From the IMG/VR virus record IMGVR_UViG_3300012231_000004, positions 1-49,234 of that record: a stretch of 49,234 nt of DNA. One strand, given 5' to 3'. The notes under the pieces are model-generated. The model made no database searches. It had not been told where the DNA came from and saw only the letters and a list, made by a program, of their open reading frames with translations. Of the stretch, positions 17,758-27,057 are shown in pieces (position 1 is the first letter of the stretch; the number at the start of each line of letters is the position of its first letter). This DNA is from a virus. Position numbers and translations under genes: made by a program.

Positions 17758-18818
17758 TATGTTGGTGTCCTATAAGTTCCGCCGCCAATCATTCTTCCAG
17801 CCCCTATATTACCCACATAAAGCATACCAGTTCCACTAGAACCTTCAGCATTAGTAAAACGAAAACTAGCAGAGGCAGCATTTGGGTCAATCAATATACC
17901 AAACCAAGATACAGAGTTTGTTATAGTAAAATATGATACTTGTCCAGAACCATAATAACCAGAATTTATAAAAGGAAAACCATTTAAAATTGCAAAACCT
18001 TCTACAAACCCATAACTTGCAATTTGAAGGTCAAATGTAAAAGTAACAACATTTCCAATCTTAGTATAGCTTCCATTTTGAATTGCATATGTTGCAGAAC
18101 CACCATTAGAAGAAGAAAAATAAGGAGTCCAAGTTCCTTCTTCATAATCATCTAAAGAATTTGGAGCAGATTGTGATACTTGTGCATTTAGAAAACCAAT
18201 ATATTGTGGATGAACTCCAGCTTCTATTTTTAATCCAGTATTAGTATATAATCCATAACCACCATGAGAAGCAAGATACCAACCACCTTGAGAACCCGCT
18301 ATATCAATACGCCCAGGATAAATTACACCCGTGCTCATTATATAACCAGTTGCACTTAGAATTCCATTAGCAGCAATACTAGCAGCAACAAAACTTTCAT
18401 ATCCAGTGCCAGGATTATCATATGTTCTAATTCTACCAGAAGTATCTACGCCAATCTGTGATGCTACTACTCCATGCCAATGAAATGCTATTCTTGGGCT
18501 GTCTGCATTTCCTACTTCAATGTGAGCTAAGTTGTAAGGTAAACCACCTCCACCAACTGCATTGATTCTACCATTAAATTGACTAGCATTATTAAATGTA
18601 TTGACATTAGTAAATACATTAGCAAGGTGAGTTTGAACAACAGTAGCAGGCAATACATATGGTGGTGGAATAGGAGGAAGATTATATATTTGAGTGTAAT
18701 CAATAGGCAGAATTAACCAAGGACCTTTTCCTCGTCTGGTTATATCTGTGCTATATTCGTAGTATTTAGCTACGGGATTATACCTAATAAACACTAAACA
18801 ACTCCTCTTGCTTTCCAA
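17757..18818 (-). CDS. Tail fibre / receptor-binding-type structural protein
   Basis: 353 aa, beta-rich and Gly/Ser/Asn-rich, lying between two tail genes. Confidence 0.45.
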   Translation of the reverse strand: MESKRSCLVFIRYNPVAKYYEYSTDITRRGKGPWLILPIDYTQIYNLPPIPPPYVLPATVVQTHLANVFTNVNTFNNASQFNGRINAVGGGGLPYNLAHIEVGNADSPRIAFHWHGVVASQIGVDTSGRIRTYDNPGTGYESFVAASIAANGILSATGYIMSTGVIYPGRIDIAGSQGGWYLASHGGYGLYTNTGLKIEAGVHPQYIGFLNAQVSQSAPNSLDDYEEGTWTPYFSSSNGGSATYAIQNGSYTKIGNVVTFTFDLQIASYGFVEGFAILNGFPFINSGYYGSGQVSYFTITNSVSWFGILIDPNAASASFRFTNAEGSSGTGMLYVGNIGAGRMIGGGTYRTPT

Positions 18819-20215
18819 GAAACAGAAGCACTTTCCCTATTACCAGAAGAATCAAATATAAGAATCTTAAAATTGTCTTTATTCACAGCATCACAAATAG
18901 AATATAAAGGTTCTACGGAAACGGTTGGTGTTGCTGTTACTGAACTAATCCCTGTAAATGTTTTATTATATGTTACTAATGTTCCATCTGCATCTAAAGC
19001 AGAACAATCAATAGTTCCAGAATCTAGTGTTAAAGTAACATTCAACAGAACTTTAAGATTAGATATGAAAGCAAGTGATAAATCATCTGCATTAGTAAAT
19101 ACCCACTTAACTTTAACATATTGAAACTTATTTACAAGAAGACTATTTGTTATAACAGGAACAGAATAAGTAATGCCATCTTCTGAATGAGAAATTTCTG
19201 TATGAACAAAAGTAGAACCAACCAGCTGTGTTTTGTTATAATCAGCAACAACAGTTAGCTTCTCATATAACTGGCCGAAATCAAATATTTCTTCATAAGA
19301 ACCTTCTCCAATAAATGCTGGCTGGAAATAGACAGGATAGCCGGCATCTATTTGGTCTTGTGGAGAACCAAAACTATTATTAACAAAGTGTTCTTGCCAA
19401 GTTTCAGGAGATATAACTGGACCAACAATACCTACAATGTTATCAATAATAGTCTTTTCAGTATTTACATAGATTCCTGTATAATCAGCTTCTAATTCAT
19501 CTACGAACTCAAACTCTGATGGGTCATGTAAATCGGCAGTTTTACCACCTGACCTTTGACCAACATTACCTACTATATCAACTGCTGCTACTTCATATGT
19601 ATAAGTTCCACCTACCTGCTCTTGTATTAACTTAAAAGTTCCAGCTATGGTTCCAATCTCTATATTGTTCTTATAGATGATATAGTGACTAATTCTCCAT
19701 GCTGATGCAGGAACAGTCCATTTAAGTAATACAGTAGAAACTACTACTTCTAATGATAAATCAGGTGGCCCTATTACCGGAACAATTAAGGTAGCAGAAG
19801 CAGGAAGGCCAGGAACACTAGCAAAGTTCCAAGGCCGTATGATAAAGTTATATGTTCCATAAACAAGGTTGAGAAATACAGGGTCGATATTAGCCACGTC
19901 TGTTGCAGTAACAATAATAGGCTTAGCACTATCCCAATCCAAGCCCATCTTAATCTGATACCGAAAAGCACCTGGTAAGTTATCCCAATCTAATCGTAAG
20001 TTATCTGGGTAGGCAGTTCCAGTAAAATTAAGAACTGGCCCTATTGCAGCAACTACTCCACCTTGATTATCTCCAACACCAACAACAGAAGGAGGAAATA
20101 CCTCATTGTTAATCCTATATAAATCATCAATCAATAACTGTAGTGCTCTGAATAAGGTTGGATTAGCCTTATCATCAATACGAATAAGATTGCGAACTGC
20201 ATTCTCATTAGACAC
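18794..20215 (-). CDS. Tail protein with two fibronectin-III-like modules
   Basis: LRLDWDNLPGAFRYQIKMG and LLKWTVPASAWRISHYIIYKNN are FN3-like signatures. 473 aa in the tail module. Confidence 0.5.
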   Translation of the reverse strand: MSNENAVRNLIRIDDKANPTLFRALQLLIDDLYRINNEVFPPSVVGVGDNQGGVVAAIGPVLNFTGTAYPDNLRLDWDNLPGAFRYQIKMGLDWDSAKPIIVTATDVANIDPVFLNLVYGTYNFIIRPWNFASVPGLPASATLIVPVIGPPDLSLEVVVSTVLLKWTVPASAWRISHYIIYKNNIEIGTIAGTFKLIQEQVGGTYTYEVAAVDIVGNVGQRSGGKTADLHDPSEFEFVDELEADYTGIYVNTEKTIIDNIVGIVGPVISPETWQEHFVNNSFGSPQDQIDAGYPVYFQPAFIGEGSYEEIFDFGQLYEKLTVVADYNKTQLVGSTFVHTEISHSEDGITYSVPVITNSLLVNKFQYVKVKWVFTNADDLSLAFISNLKVLLNVTLTLDSGTIDCSALDADGTLVTYNKTFTGISSVTATPTVSVEPLYSICDAVNKDNFKILIFDSSGNRESASVSWKARGVV

Positions 20216-22118
20216 GAGCGGTTTCCATCCATAGAGGCTTAACGTCTACAGACAAATCAAATATGACAAACTTATCTCCTGCATTGTTATTGGACATTAA
20301 CTTCACAGACATTTTAGTGTCTACGAAATTGATAGGCTTCTGGTAATGGAGCCGGGGGAATTGAGTTAAGTCCCAAGCCGGTGGTATTACCTGTTTAACA
20401 TTATTAGTTCCATAGAGATAGATGTTAAGTTTACCTACTCCTTCTGCTCTAGACTCTAAGAAACCATAATGGTTAACAGAATGGCTACCTTTCATCGCCA
20501 GCAGGTGAGTATGAATATAGCTAGTAATCCTAATATTATCATCCAGGTCAACGGTGTAATCCTGTTCATAGATATTTCCTTCAAATCCAGATTGCTTAAG
20601 GACAGTTTCCTTATTAGCATTAGCATCTAATACAATACAAGAAACTTGCCAAGGCATTGCCCAAATAGACCAACGAACTTGTGAGGCTACTAACATGCCG
20701 TATCTATTGAAGGAGTTATTGTAATCTGCTTGAAGGATATGTGAACACTCAGTAGAATTGTCCAAAGGAATAGCAGCGTAAAGATACTTGTTCTCCGGGT
20801 CATCGACGACTTGAACCTTATTAAAATGATTCTTGTTAATCCTTAACCAAATGTCAATAATATTAAGAGTAAAAGCCGGGTCTTGGAATCCGCCTCCTTC
20901 ATAACAATAGATTCCAGACTTATCTCCTTGAAAGAATCTCTTAACGGATGTTCCTCTAGAATCAAGTATCTTAGAAACAGAGAATACTTCTGCTCCTATT
21001 GCTTTATCCAGAGGGTCAGCACGCCAAGTATCAGGGTCATTACCATTATCGACAGTAATATACGTTCTATCCTGTGTTTGTATGAGTAACGAGGTTTCAT
21101 GGTCAACAACGTTTTTAATAGAACTAATAGCGTCAGAAGGGTCAAGATATAACAAACCACCTGTAGAATCAAACGTCTCAACATATAAGGCTTTTGAGAA
21201 GAATACATAATGCTCGAAACCTGGAACTCCCCATAGACACATCTTGTTATTGTAGATAGTTAAGCCTAATCCACAAGGTAATGTAGACCGGCTATCGAAT
21301 AAGAAATCAGCAGAGTCAATCAGGTCATCATCAAAGAAGTTAATATCATTTAGGACGGTAGTAGTATTATCTGGAATCCTGCCATTAGGAACAAAGAAAT
21401 ACTCATAACCAAATTGATTCCCACTATAAAGACCAGCAGGAATAGACTTGGTAATGATTAGTCTTCTGGCAACAGTTCCAGCTGGACCAATAGGAATATC
21501 ACTTACATTTAATCTGAAACCGCCCGGACTATCAATATCACCAAATACAGTAGGACCAGGAGCAGTAAGGAACCCTGAAGAAGTTTCATATAATACCGCC
21601 ACCAGATATTTACCAAGACCTAAATCTCCAATGGTAGTAGAGATAGCTAATGTTAAAGTAAAGCCAACTGGAGGATAACCACCTGCCGGTCTTAATGTTC
21701 CAGGTCCAGCACCTTCATATACTTGAATAAAGGTTCCTGGTATCCCTTCAATCCTATCATGGAAAGTAATGTATGCCCGGTTGAGAAAGTTTACTGCACT
21801 AAAGTCTTTATATAGGACATTAGTAACGAGAGGAGAACCATAAAGGCTATCCCACAAATTACCATCAGTGTCCAGAATAAGATAGCGAGAAGTCTCATTG
21901 AGTCTCTTATAAACAAAATACCTGCGAATATTAGCAAGGGTAAATATTTTAGTGTTTCCATCTCTAGTTTTAACCTCAATCTCCTCGAATTGAGTATTAA
22001 GTGAGTCGATGAAGAATCCTGGCGGACAGGCATCATCCATACCATTAGCATATAGACCTCTAAAGGCCGTAATGGGAACTTGGGTATGGTCCCGTAAACT
22101 AGGTGCTCTGGCTGGCAT
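20208..22118 (-). CDS. Large tail (tubular/nozzle-type) structural protein
   Basis: 636 aa and beta-rich. The position corresponds to tail tubular protein B in a T7-like order. No diagnostic motif was found. Confidence 0.4.
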   Translation of the reverse strand: MPARAPSLRDHTQVPITAFRGLYANGMDDACPPGFFIDSLNTQFEEIEVKTRDGNTKIFTLANIRRYFVYKRLNETSRYLILDTDGNLWDSLYGSPLVTNVLYKDFSAVNFLNRAYITFHDRIEGIPGTFIQVYEGAGPGTLRPAGGYPPVGFTLTLAISTTIGDLGLGKYLVAVLYETSSGFLTAPGPTVFGDIDSPGGFRLNVSDIPIGPAGTVARRLIITKSIPAGLYSGNQFGYEYFFVPNGRIPDNTTTVLNDINFFDDDLIDSADFLFDSRSTLPCGLGLTIYNNKMCLWGVPGFEHYVFFSKALYVETFDSTGGLLYLDPSDAISSIKNVVDHETSLLIQTQDRTYITVDNGNDPDTWRADPLDKAIGAEVFSVSKILDSRGTSVKRFFQGDKSGIYCYEGGGFQDPAFTLNIIDIWLRINKNHFNKVQVVDDPENKYLYAAIPLDNSTECSHILQADYNNSFNRYGMLVASQVRWSIWAMPWQVSCIVLDANANKETVLKQSGFEGNIYEQDYTVDLDDNIRITSYIHTHLLAMKGSHSVNHYGFLESRAEGVGKLNIYLYGTNNVKQVIPPAWDLTQFPRLHYQKPINFVDTKMSVKLMSNNNAGDKFVIFDLSVDVKPLWMETARV

Positions 22119-22153
22119 TAGCTCTGTCCTTACCAGGATTCCTCAAACTGTAA

Positions 22154-22516
22154 TTACATCATCTTATCAAAGACAAGATAGAACGTAATTACATCTCCTG
22201 AGACACCGGCGGGCACGGCAGCAGCAGGAACTTCAGCGCCACCAAAGGCAAGAAGTTTTAGCTTCTTAGTAGTAGGATTATACTGACCGAAGTAAGCTAA
22301 TCCCATTACTAAGGCATAGAATGGCTGAGAACTAATGCCAGGTAAAGGAACACCTAAACCAGCACCATCAATCATATTGGCAACAAAGTCTAAAGCGTTA
22401 CCGCCAGTTGTATATGTATCTGGTGATGCTGCAACAGCTAATGTTCCTACGACGTGAATCTTTTTTCCGTCATCCCAGACTCGCTTACTAGTCGGGGTCA
22501 TCTTTGCTTCTGCCAT
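22154..22516 (-). CDS. Small virion-module protein (function unknown)
   Basis: 120-aa ORF between head and tail genes, with relatively GC-rich codons like the capsid gene. Confidence 0.5.
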   Translation of the reverse strand: MAEAKMTPTSKRVWDDGKKIHVVGTLAVAASPDTYTTGGNALDFVANMIDGAGLGVPLPGISSQPFYALVMGLAYFGQYNPTTKKLKLLAFGGAEVPAAAVPAGVSGDVITFYLVFDKMM

Positions 22517-22527
22517 TGTTGTGCTCC

Positions 22528-23190
22528 TTAACGAGTTTGGTAAGTTACTGGTCTAGTTAACCGGAAAGCTCTACGTCGAACCGGCCTGGCATTTTGCTTC
22601 ACTTCTCTCTTTAACAACTTGTTTAACTTTGCGGTTGCTAGACTTTCTAAATCAATCGCTTTCTGTCTGTTCTGGCCGATATGTTCAGCAGCCATAGCAG
22701 CAGTATGGTAAGCCAAGTAACCTAACGCATGAGGTAATTCAATAATAGTATTGGGTCCCACAATAGAAGTAATTAAGCGATAGTATCTAATCCTAATTAA
22801 TTTAGCTTGGTTGGAAGGAACAAGGTTAATAGCCCCCTCTCTCCAAGAATAAACACTTAGTTCAGAACCACCAGATGCTTTATTAGGTAAGAAGTCTCTC
22901 TGGTCAATCTGTCTATATGCTTCGTTAGGTTCTCCTACATTCTTTTCAAATAGCTGGATAGGAACAATAATATCATTGGGTAATGGAAGGGCATTACTGT
23001 TAGCGGCAAGAGGAATATCTGTTAAGACTTCCTTTTGAACAGTAGCGCCGTTGTCAACCATAGCATCGGACAAATCGTCATTAGCAATCTGTAGAAATGG
23101 TAACAGGGTAGTATCTGTAAACAAATCTATAGGTAAATCATTCAAGACTGCTCTTGACTTATTAAAAATGTCAGATGCTAGTGTTGCCAT
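22528..23190 (-). CDS. Hypothetical head-tail joining region protein
   Basis: 220-aa ORF, tightly packed in the structural operon. Confidence 0.45.
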   Translation of the reverse strand: MATLASDIFNKSRAVLNDLPIDLFTDTTLLPFLQIANDDLSDAMVDNGATVQKEVLTDIPLAANSNALPLPNDIIVPIQLFEKNVGEPNEAYRQIDQRDFLPNKASGGSELSVYSWREGAINLVPSNQAKLIRIRYYRLITSIVGPNTIIELPHALGYLAYHTAAMAAEHIGQNRQKAIDLESLATAKLNKLLKREVKQNARPVRRRAFRLTRPVTYQTR

Positions 23191-23192
23191 TG

Positions 23193-23855
23193 TTACGCCT
23201 TAGCTGCTACCTTTTCAACAGGAGCAGGTAACTGTGGAACTGGAGGAATCAATCCAAAGCTAATAGCCTTCTCACGGTTAAGAATAGCCTTGCAATGAAT
23301 ACAAATAGCTGCTCTTGCATCCACTTGAGTAAAGCAAGCTGGACAATCAATCATACCAGCACCAGTGTTATATTCAACAATCCAGTCTGCCTTATAACCT
23401 AAGTAACTGGCAGCATATCTCTGGTGGCCGGAAATTAAACCCAGCTTATGATACTGGTTCCAATCATCATCAGCCTTCTTACAGAGATTCTCAAACCAAC
23501 GAATCTGTCTTTCTTTAAGAGCTTGTAAAGCATCTTTATGTTTAGTGGTAACTTCTAACCGGGTAACAACACCAGGAAACCACATCATTCCGGGTCCAGC
23601 ATTATCATCAGCTTCAATAACAGTATTTATGAAATCATCCACGATAGACTTAGCAATATGATGAGAAGCAACCGGAATAACAATATTATGGTCCGTAGCA
23701 GGAAGGCGTTGAATATAGGATGATTCTCTAATCTCCATGAGAATAAAGTTATCTTTTTCCGCCGCGGGGATTTTGAAGTATCCCGCATTGATTGGCTTAA
23801 TCTCTACTGTCTCAAAAGGACAGATTGATAGAATTGTTGAAACAGGTCCTGTCAT
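23193..23855 (-). CDS. Hypothetical structural-module protein with a C-terminal zinc ribbon
   Basis: 220 aa. CPACFTQVDARAAICIHCKAI is a CxxC...CxxC pattern. Confidence 0.45.
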   Translation of the reverse strand: MTGPVSTILSICPFETVEIKPINAGYFKIPAAEKDNFILMEIRESSYIQRLPATDHNIVIPVASHHIAKSIVDDFINTVIEADDNAGPGMMWFPGVVTRLEVTTKHKDALQALKERQIRWFENLCKKADDDWNQYHKLGLISGHQRYAASYLGYKADWIVEYNTGAGMIDCPACFTQVDARAAICIHCKAILNREKAISFGLIPPVPQLPAPVEKVAAKA

Positions 23856-23858
23856 TGT

Positions 23859-24380
23859 TCACCCCAATAGCGTTGACTTTTCAAACGTAGGTAATGGCTT
23901 TGTTGACTCTGGTGCATCAAGAATGCCGTAAACTTTCTCTGATTCCTTATCCATCTTCTTTTCTTCAATCTGTCGATGGTCTTCTTCGTTAAGAAACTTT
24001 TTCTCCACATGTTCTAATTGATGAAGAAGAAACTCTATTGCTCTCCAGTTAAGGTCTAGACGGTTGTTATCTTTGTCTAGAAAAGTTAAAATCGGTTCGT
24101 AAGTGTGCTTGTCGTGAAACAAGTCTTTTCTATTCTTATTAGGCTCAACTCTTTCAAGGAGCCAGCATGGTTTAGCAAGATACCAGTATTTCTTAATCTC
24201 AACTAAACCTTGTTTTCTTCCTAGCCAGATACCAGTTTCTTGTGTTAATACGTCGTAGGAACCGTATCTCTTTTCAGTCTGTAATTCAGACCAAACTACT
24301 CTATACTTGGCTAACCCGGTTAAAGGTTCTTTGCCATATAACTTAATCAATCTTTCGTTTATAGTCTTATCTAATGCCAT
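23859..24380 (-). CDS. Hypothetical protein downstream of the capsid gene
   Basis: 173-aa ORF, co-oriented with its neighbours. Confidence 0.45.
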   Translation of the reverse strand: MALDKTINERLIKLYGKEPLTGLAKYRVVWSELQTEKRYGSYDVLTQETGIWLGRKQGLVEIKKYWYLAKPCWLLERVEPNKNRKDLFHDKHTYEPILTFLDKDNNRLDLNWRAIEFLLHQLEHVEKKFLNEEDHRQIEEKKMDKESEKVYGILDAPESTKPLPTFEKSTLLG

Positions 24381-24398
24381 ATAATTACTTGTCGGATT

Positions 24399-24436
24399 GG
24401 GGGACTAGAAGTAAGGCGATTCACCTCTAGCCCCCC
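24399..24436 (-). terminator. GC-rich stem-loop just downstream of the major capsid gene (attenuator or processing hairpin)
   Basis: GGGGG(a)CTAGA ... TCTAG(c)CCCCC gives 5+5 bp around a 1x1 mismatch, 25 nt after the capsid stop. There is no clear U-tract on the transcribed strand. Confidence 0.3.
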
Positions 24437-24460
24437 TTTCCTACTTACAGTCGATGAACC

Positions 24461-25720
24461 TTAGTAGCCTGTTGGGACTTGAAGGTTGTCGATGTAAGCC
24501 TGTGCTGGCGGACAATCGCAAAACAGATTCCACGAAGCAACGATGTAGAAAATCTGGCTTGCAGCTACTCCACCACTAGTTCCACGCATCTCGAATATCT
24601 TACGGCCTTCTACCGTGTAATAGTCGATAGGCGTTAATTCTGCCCGACCCCAATGGTCATTGGTCAGAAAGTCAATCCTTGTCTTATTCCAGACAAAGTT
24701 TGGCTTGATTGGTGCGCCGGCAAGTCTCATGTTCTCAGAGAAGAACAAATTGAGACCTTGTTCAGAAGCTTCCTTATTGATAACGGAAACAAGCTGACCT
24801 AAAGCTTCGTATGCCTGAACCTGACAGGGGTGCATCCAAGCTGTAAGTGGAGTCTTGTTATCCATTCCCAATCTATCGCCAATAGCATTGATAGCTCTAC
24901 GGGCGAAAGCAGGAGCTAAAGCAGCAGAGGCAGCATTGACACGATTAGCCTGAACTTCTGGCGTTGTTGCTCGTGGCAATCCTAACCAATTACCTACTGT
25001 GCTATTCTGAACGTGATATGGAACACCAAAAAGACCAACTGGTGTTGCACCAGCTAATCCTTCAGGAAGAATCACATCACCAGGAGCAACAGCAGCAACA
25101 GTCGCATCCACTGTAATACGCTTGTTTACCAAGTCGTAAGCAATGATTTTGACTGGAGTTGGAGTCTTGGTTGCTGCCAATGCAGAATCATACACAAGAA
25201 TCCGCTGACCTTTGCGAAGGAGCTTTACACCATAACCATCGGTGGTCATAGTGAAAGTGTCATTAGCAAGGGTAGTAGTAGACAAAGAAGTAATGGTTCC
25301 AAGAACTCCATTACCTGCTGTCATGCACTGAGATTCAGTCTGACGACGGAACTCAGGCATTGCCTTTGCCATTAACTCTTTGAAGAGATTGATAACACTC
25401 TTTCGAGAATCATCAGTTCCCCACTGAGCTTTTGTGTTCCACTGAATAGCGTGCTTGAAGTTAACGGTGTTGATAACAGCCTTGTCGTAAGTCTGTCCAT
25501 CACCGATACCTAAATCTCCGCCATCAGGGTTCCAGTATCCGAAATAGCCACCAGGTCCGATAGCTAATGGGATTCTCATATCCCTTTCGGAAATGACTTC
25601 CACGTCTTTCTTCTCGACCGTGGAAAAGAACTTAGCTGACTCTAACTCGTAAAGCATGGAGAGCTTCTTACGAACTTTCTCCATCTCTACGGAAAGAAGT
25701 TGTGTGCCGCCAACAGCCAT
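24461..25720 (-). CDS. Major capsid protein
   Basis: 419 aa, immediately after the scaffold gene. GC-richer codon usage typical of the highly expressed genes here, and followed by a hairpin. Called from position and size, not from a motif. Confidence 0.65.
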   Translation of the reverse strand: MAVGGTQLLSVEMEKVRKKLSMLYELESAKFFSTVEKKDVEVISERDMRIPLAIGPGGYFGYWNPDGGDLGIGDGQTYDKAVINTVNFKHAIQWNTKAQWGTDDSRKSVINLFKELMAKAMPEFRRQTESQCMTAGNGVLGTITSLSTTTLANDTFTMTTDGYGVKLLRKGQRILVYDSALAATKTPTPVKIIAYDLVNKRITVDATVAAVAPGDVILPEGLAGATPVGLFGVPYHVQNSTVGNWLGLPRATTPEVQANRVNAASAALAPAFARRAINAIGDRLGMDNKTPLTAWMHPCQVQAYEALGQLVSVINKEASEQGLNLFFSENMRLAGAPIKPNFVWNKTRIDFLTNDHWGRAELTPIDYYTVEGRKIFEMRGTSGGVAASQIFYIVASWNLFCDCPPAQAYIDNLQVPTGY

Positions 25721-25746
25721 TGTTTATTCCTTGTAGTCCGAATAGA

Positions 25747-27057
25747 CTACTTAATGTATTTGGGTTTGCCGTTCAGAATGTCCATATCTGTAGTTCTGGA
25801 ACGGTCAACTCTGCTGAAATCAATCTTATCTTCACCTTTATTGCCACCCAATCCAGCAGGAACTAATCGGCGTGGCTCAGACTTTTGACTGTCTTTGACT
25901 TTAATTCCAGCTTCTTTCAAAACCTTATTACGAATCGCTGGAAGTGCTTGTCTAGCTCGCTGGAGATAAGCTTTAACAATACGCGACTTCCAATCTGGTG
26001 AATACTTGGAGGATTTAGCCTGGTCAAACAAACTCTGTATTCCACCTAAATAGCGTTTGTCTGTTCCAAGAACTTCATCAACTCCAGCAAAGATGTCACG
26101 GATGATATTCCTTTTCTGGTAATCATCCATTTTAATTCCATCAAGCTCCTTAGTAATAGAGAGCTTCATGGAATGATTAACTACCTCTGTAATGCCGCCC
26201 CGGAACTCTTGAGCTTTAGTTCCTTCGTATTCCTGTTTCTCCTTCTCCCAAGCTTCCTGCTCCTTAGTCTTAGTAGCTTTCTTTCTCTCCTCTAAAGGAG
26301 CCTTAATATCCTGGGTATCGAACCAGTAATTATGAGCATGAATAGCAACAGCAGCTAAGTTTCTGTTACCTGATTTTAAGGCATCAGAATACATAGCCAT
26401 AATAGCCCGCTTCATGGGCTTAAGCATTACTTCGCCATATAACTGTGGGTCTACCTTACCAATAGATTCAAGAATAGTATGAGAGAAATCTTCAAATGCT
26501 TCTGCACTAGTATTCTTAACTGCCTTAATGAAATTAGCAGTTCTATCTACATCTCCAGAAGCAATATCATTATACATAGCAGAAAGGAAGCCACTGTTCT
26601 TATGAGCATCTTTAGCTTCTTCAACAGTAGAGAAAACTTCCCCAAATGCTTTGTCTCGCTCTAATGCTTCTCTTAAGCCAGGAATCTTCTTAAAAAGCTC
26701 AGGTGCTAGCTTCTTAACATTCTTTGCTAAATCAGAAGCATCTAAGTCAGAGGAGTCCCCAGACCCATCAGATTCCTCGTCGGTAGAGCTATCTTCTTCC
26801 TCGGAGTCGTCATCGTCGCTTTCTTCATCGTCGGCATCTTCTTCGGTTTCTCCGTCATCTGATTCTTCGCCATCTGACTCGTCGTCGTCGGAAACCGATT
26901 CATTATCGCCTTCATCATCCCCATCGTCATCTCCTTGATTTAAGATGTCCTTATCGGTCATTCCTTCAGGATTAGAAACATCTCCAACGGGTTCATTTCC
27001 ACCACCGGCAGGAGTTCCTTCAGGAGCATTTAATACTTTAATGAACTTGATAAACAT
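25747..27057 (-). CDS. Scaffolding protein with a ~67-aa poly-acidic N-terminal tract
   Basis: 436 aa between portal and capsid. The D/E/S run is at aa 43-109 (nt ~26731-26931), followed by a helical K/E-rich body. Confidence 0.6.
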   Translation of the reverse strand: MFIKFIKVLNAPEGTPAGGGNEPVGDVSNPEGMTDKDILNQGDDDGDDEGDNESVSDDDESDGEESDDGETEEDADDEESDDDDSEEEDSSTDEESDGSGDSSDLDASDLAKNVKKLAPELFKKIPGLREALERDKAFGEVFSTVEEAKDAHKNSGFLSAMYNDIASGDVDRTANFIKAVKNTSAEAFEDFSHTILESIGKVDPQLYGEVMLKPMKRAIMAMYSDALKSGNRNLAAVAIHAHNYWFDTQDIKAPLEERKKATKTKEQEAWEKEKQEYEGTKAQEFRGGITEVVNHSMKLSITKELDGIKMDDYQKRNIIRDIFAGVDEVLGTDKRYLGGIQSLFDQAKSSKYSPDWKSRIVKAYLQRARQALPAIRNKVLKEAGIKVKDSQKSEPRRLVPAGLGGNKGEDKIDFSRVDRSRTTDMDILNGKPKYIK

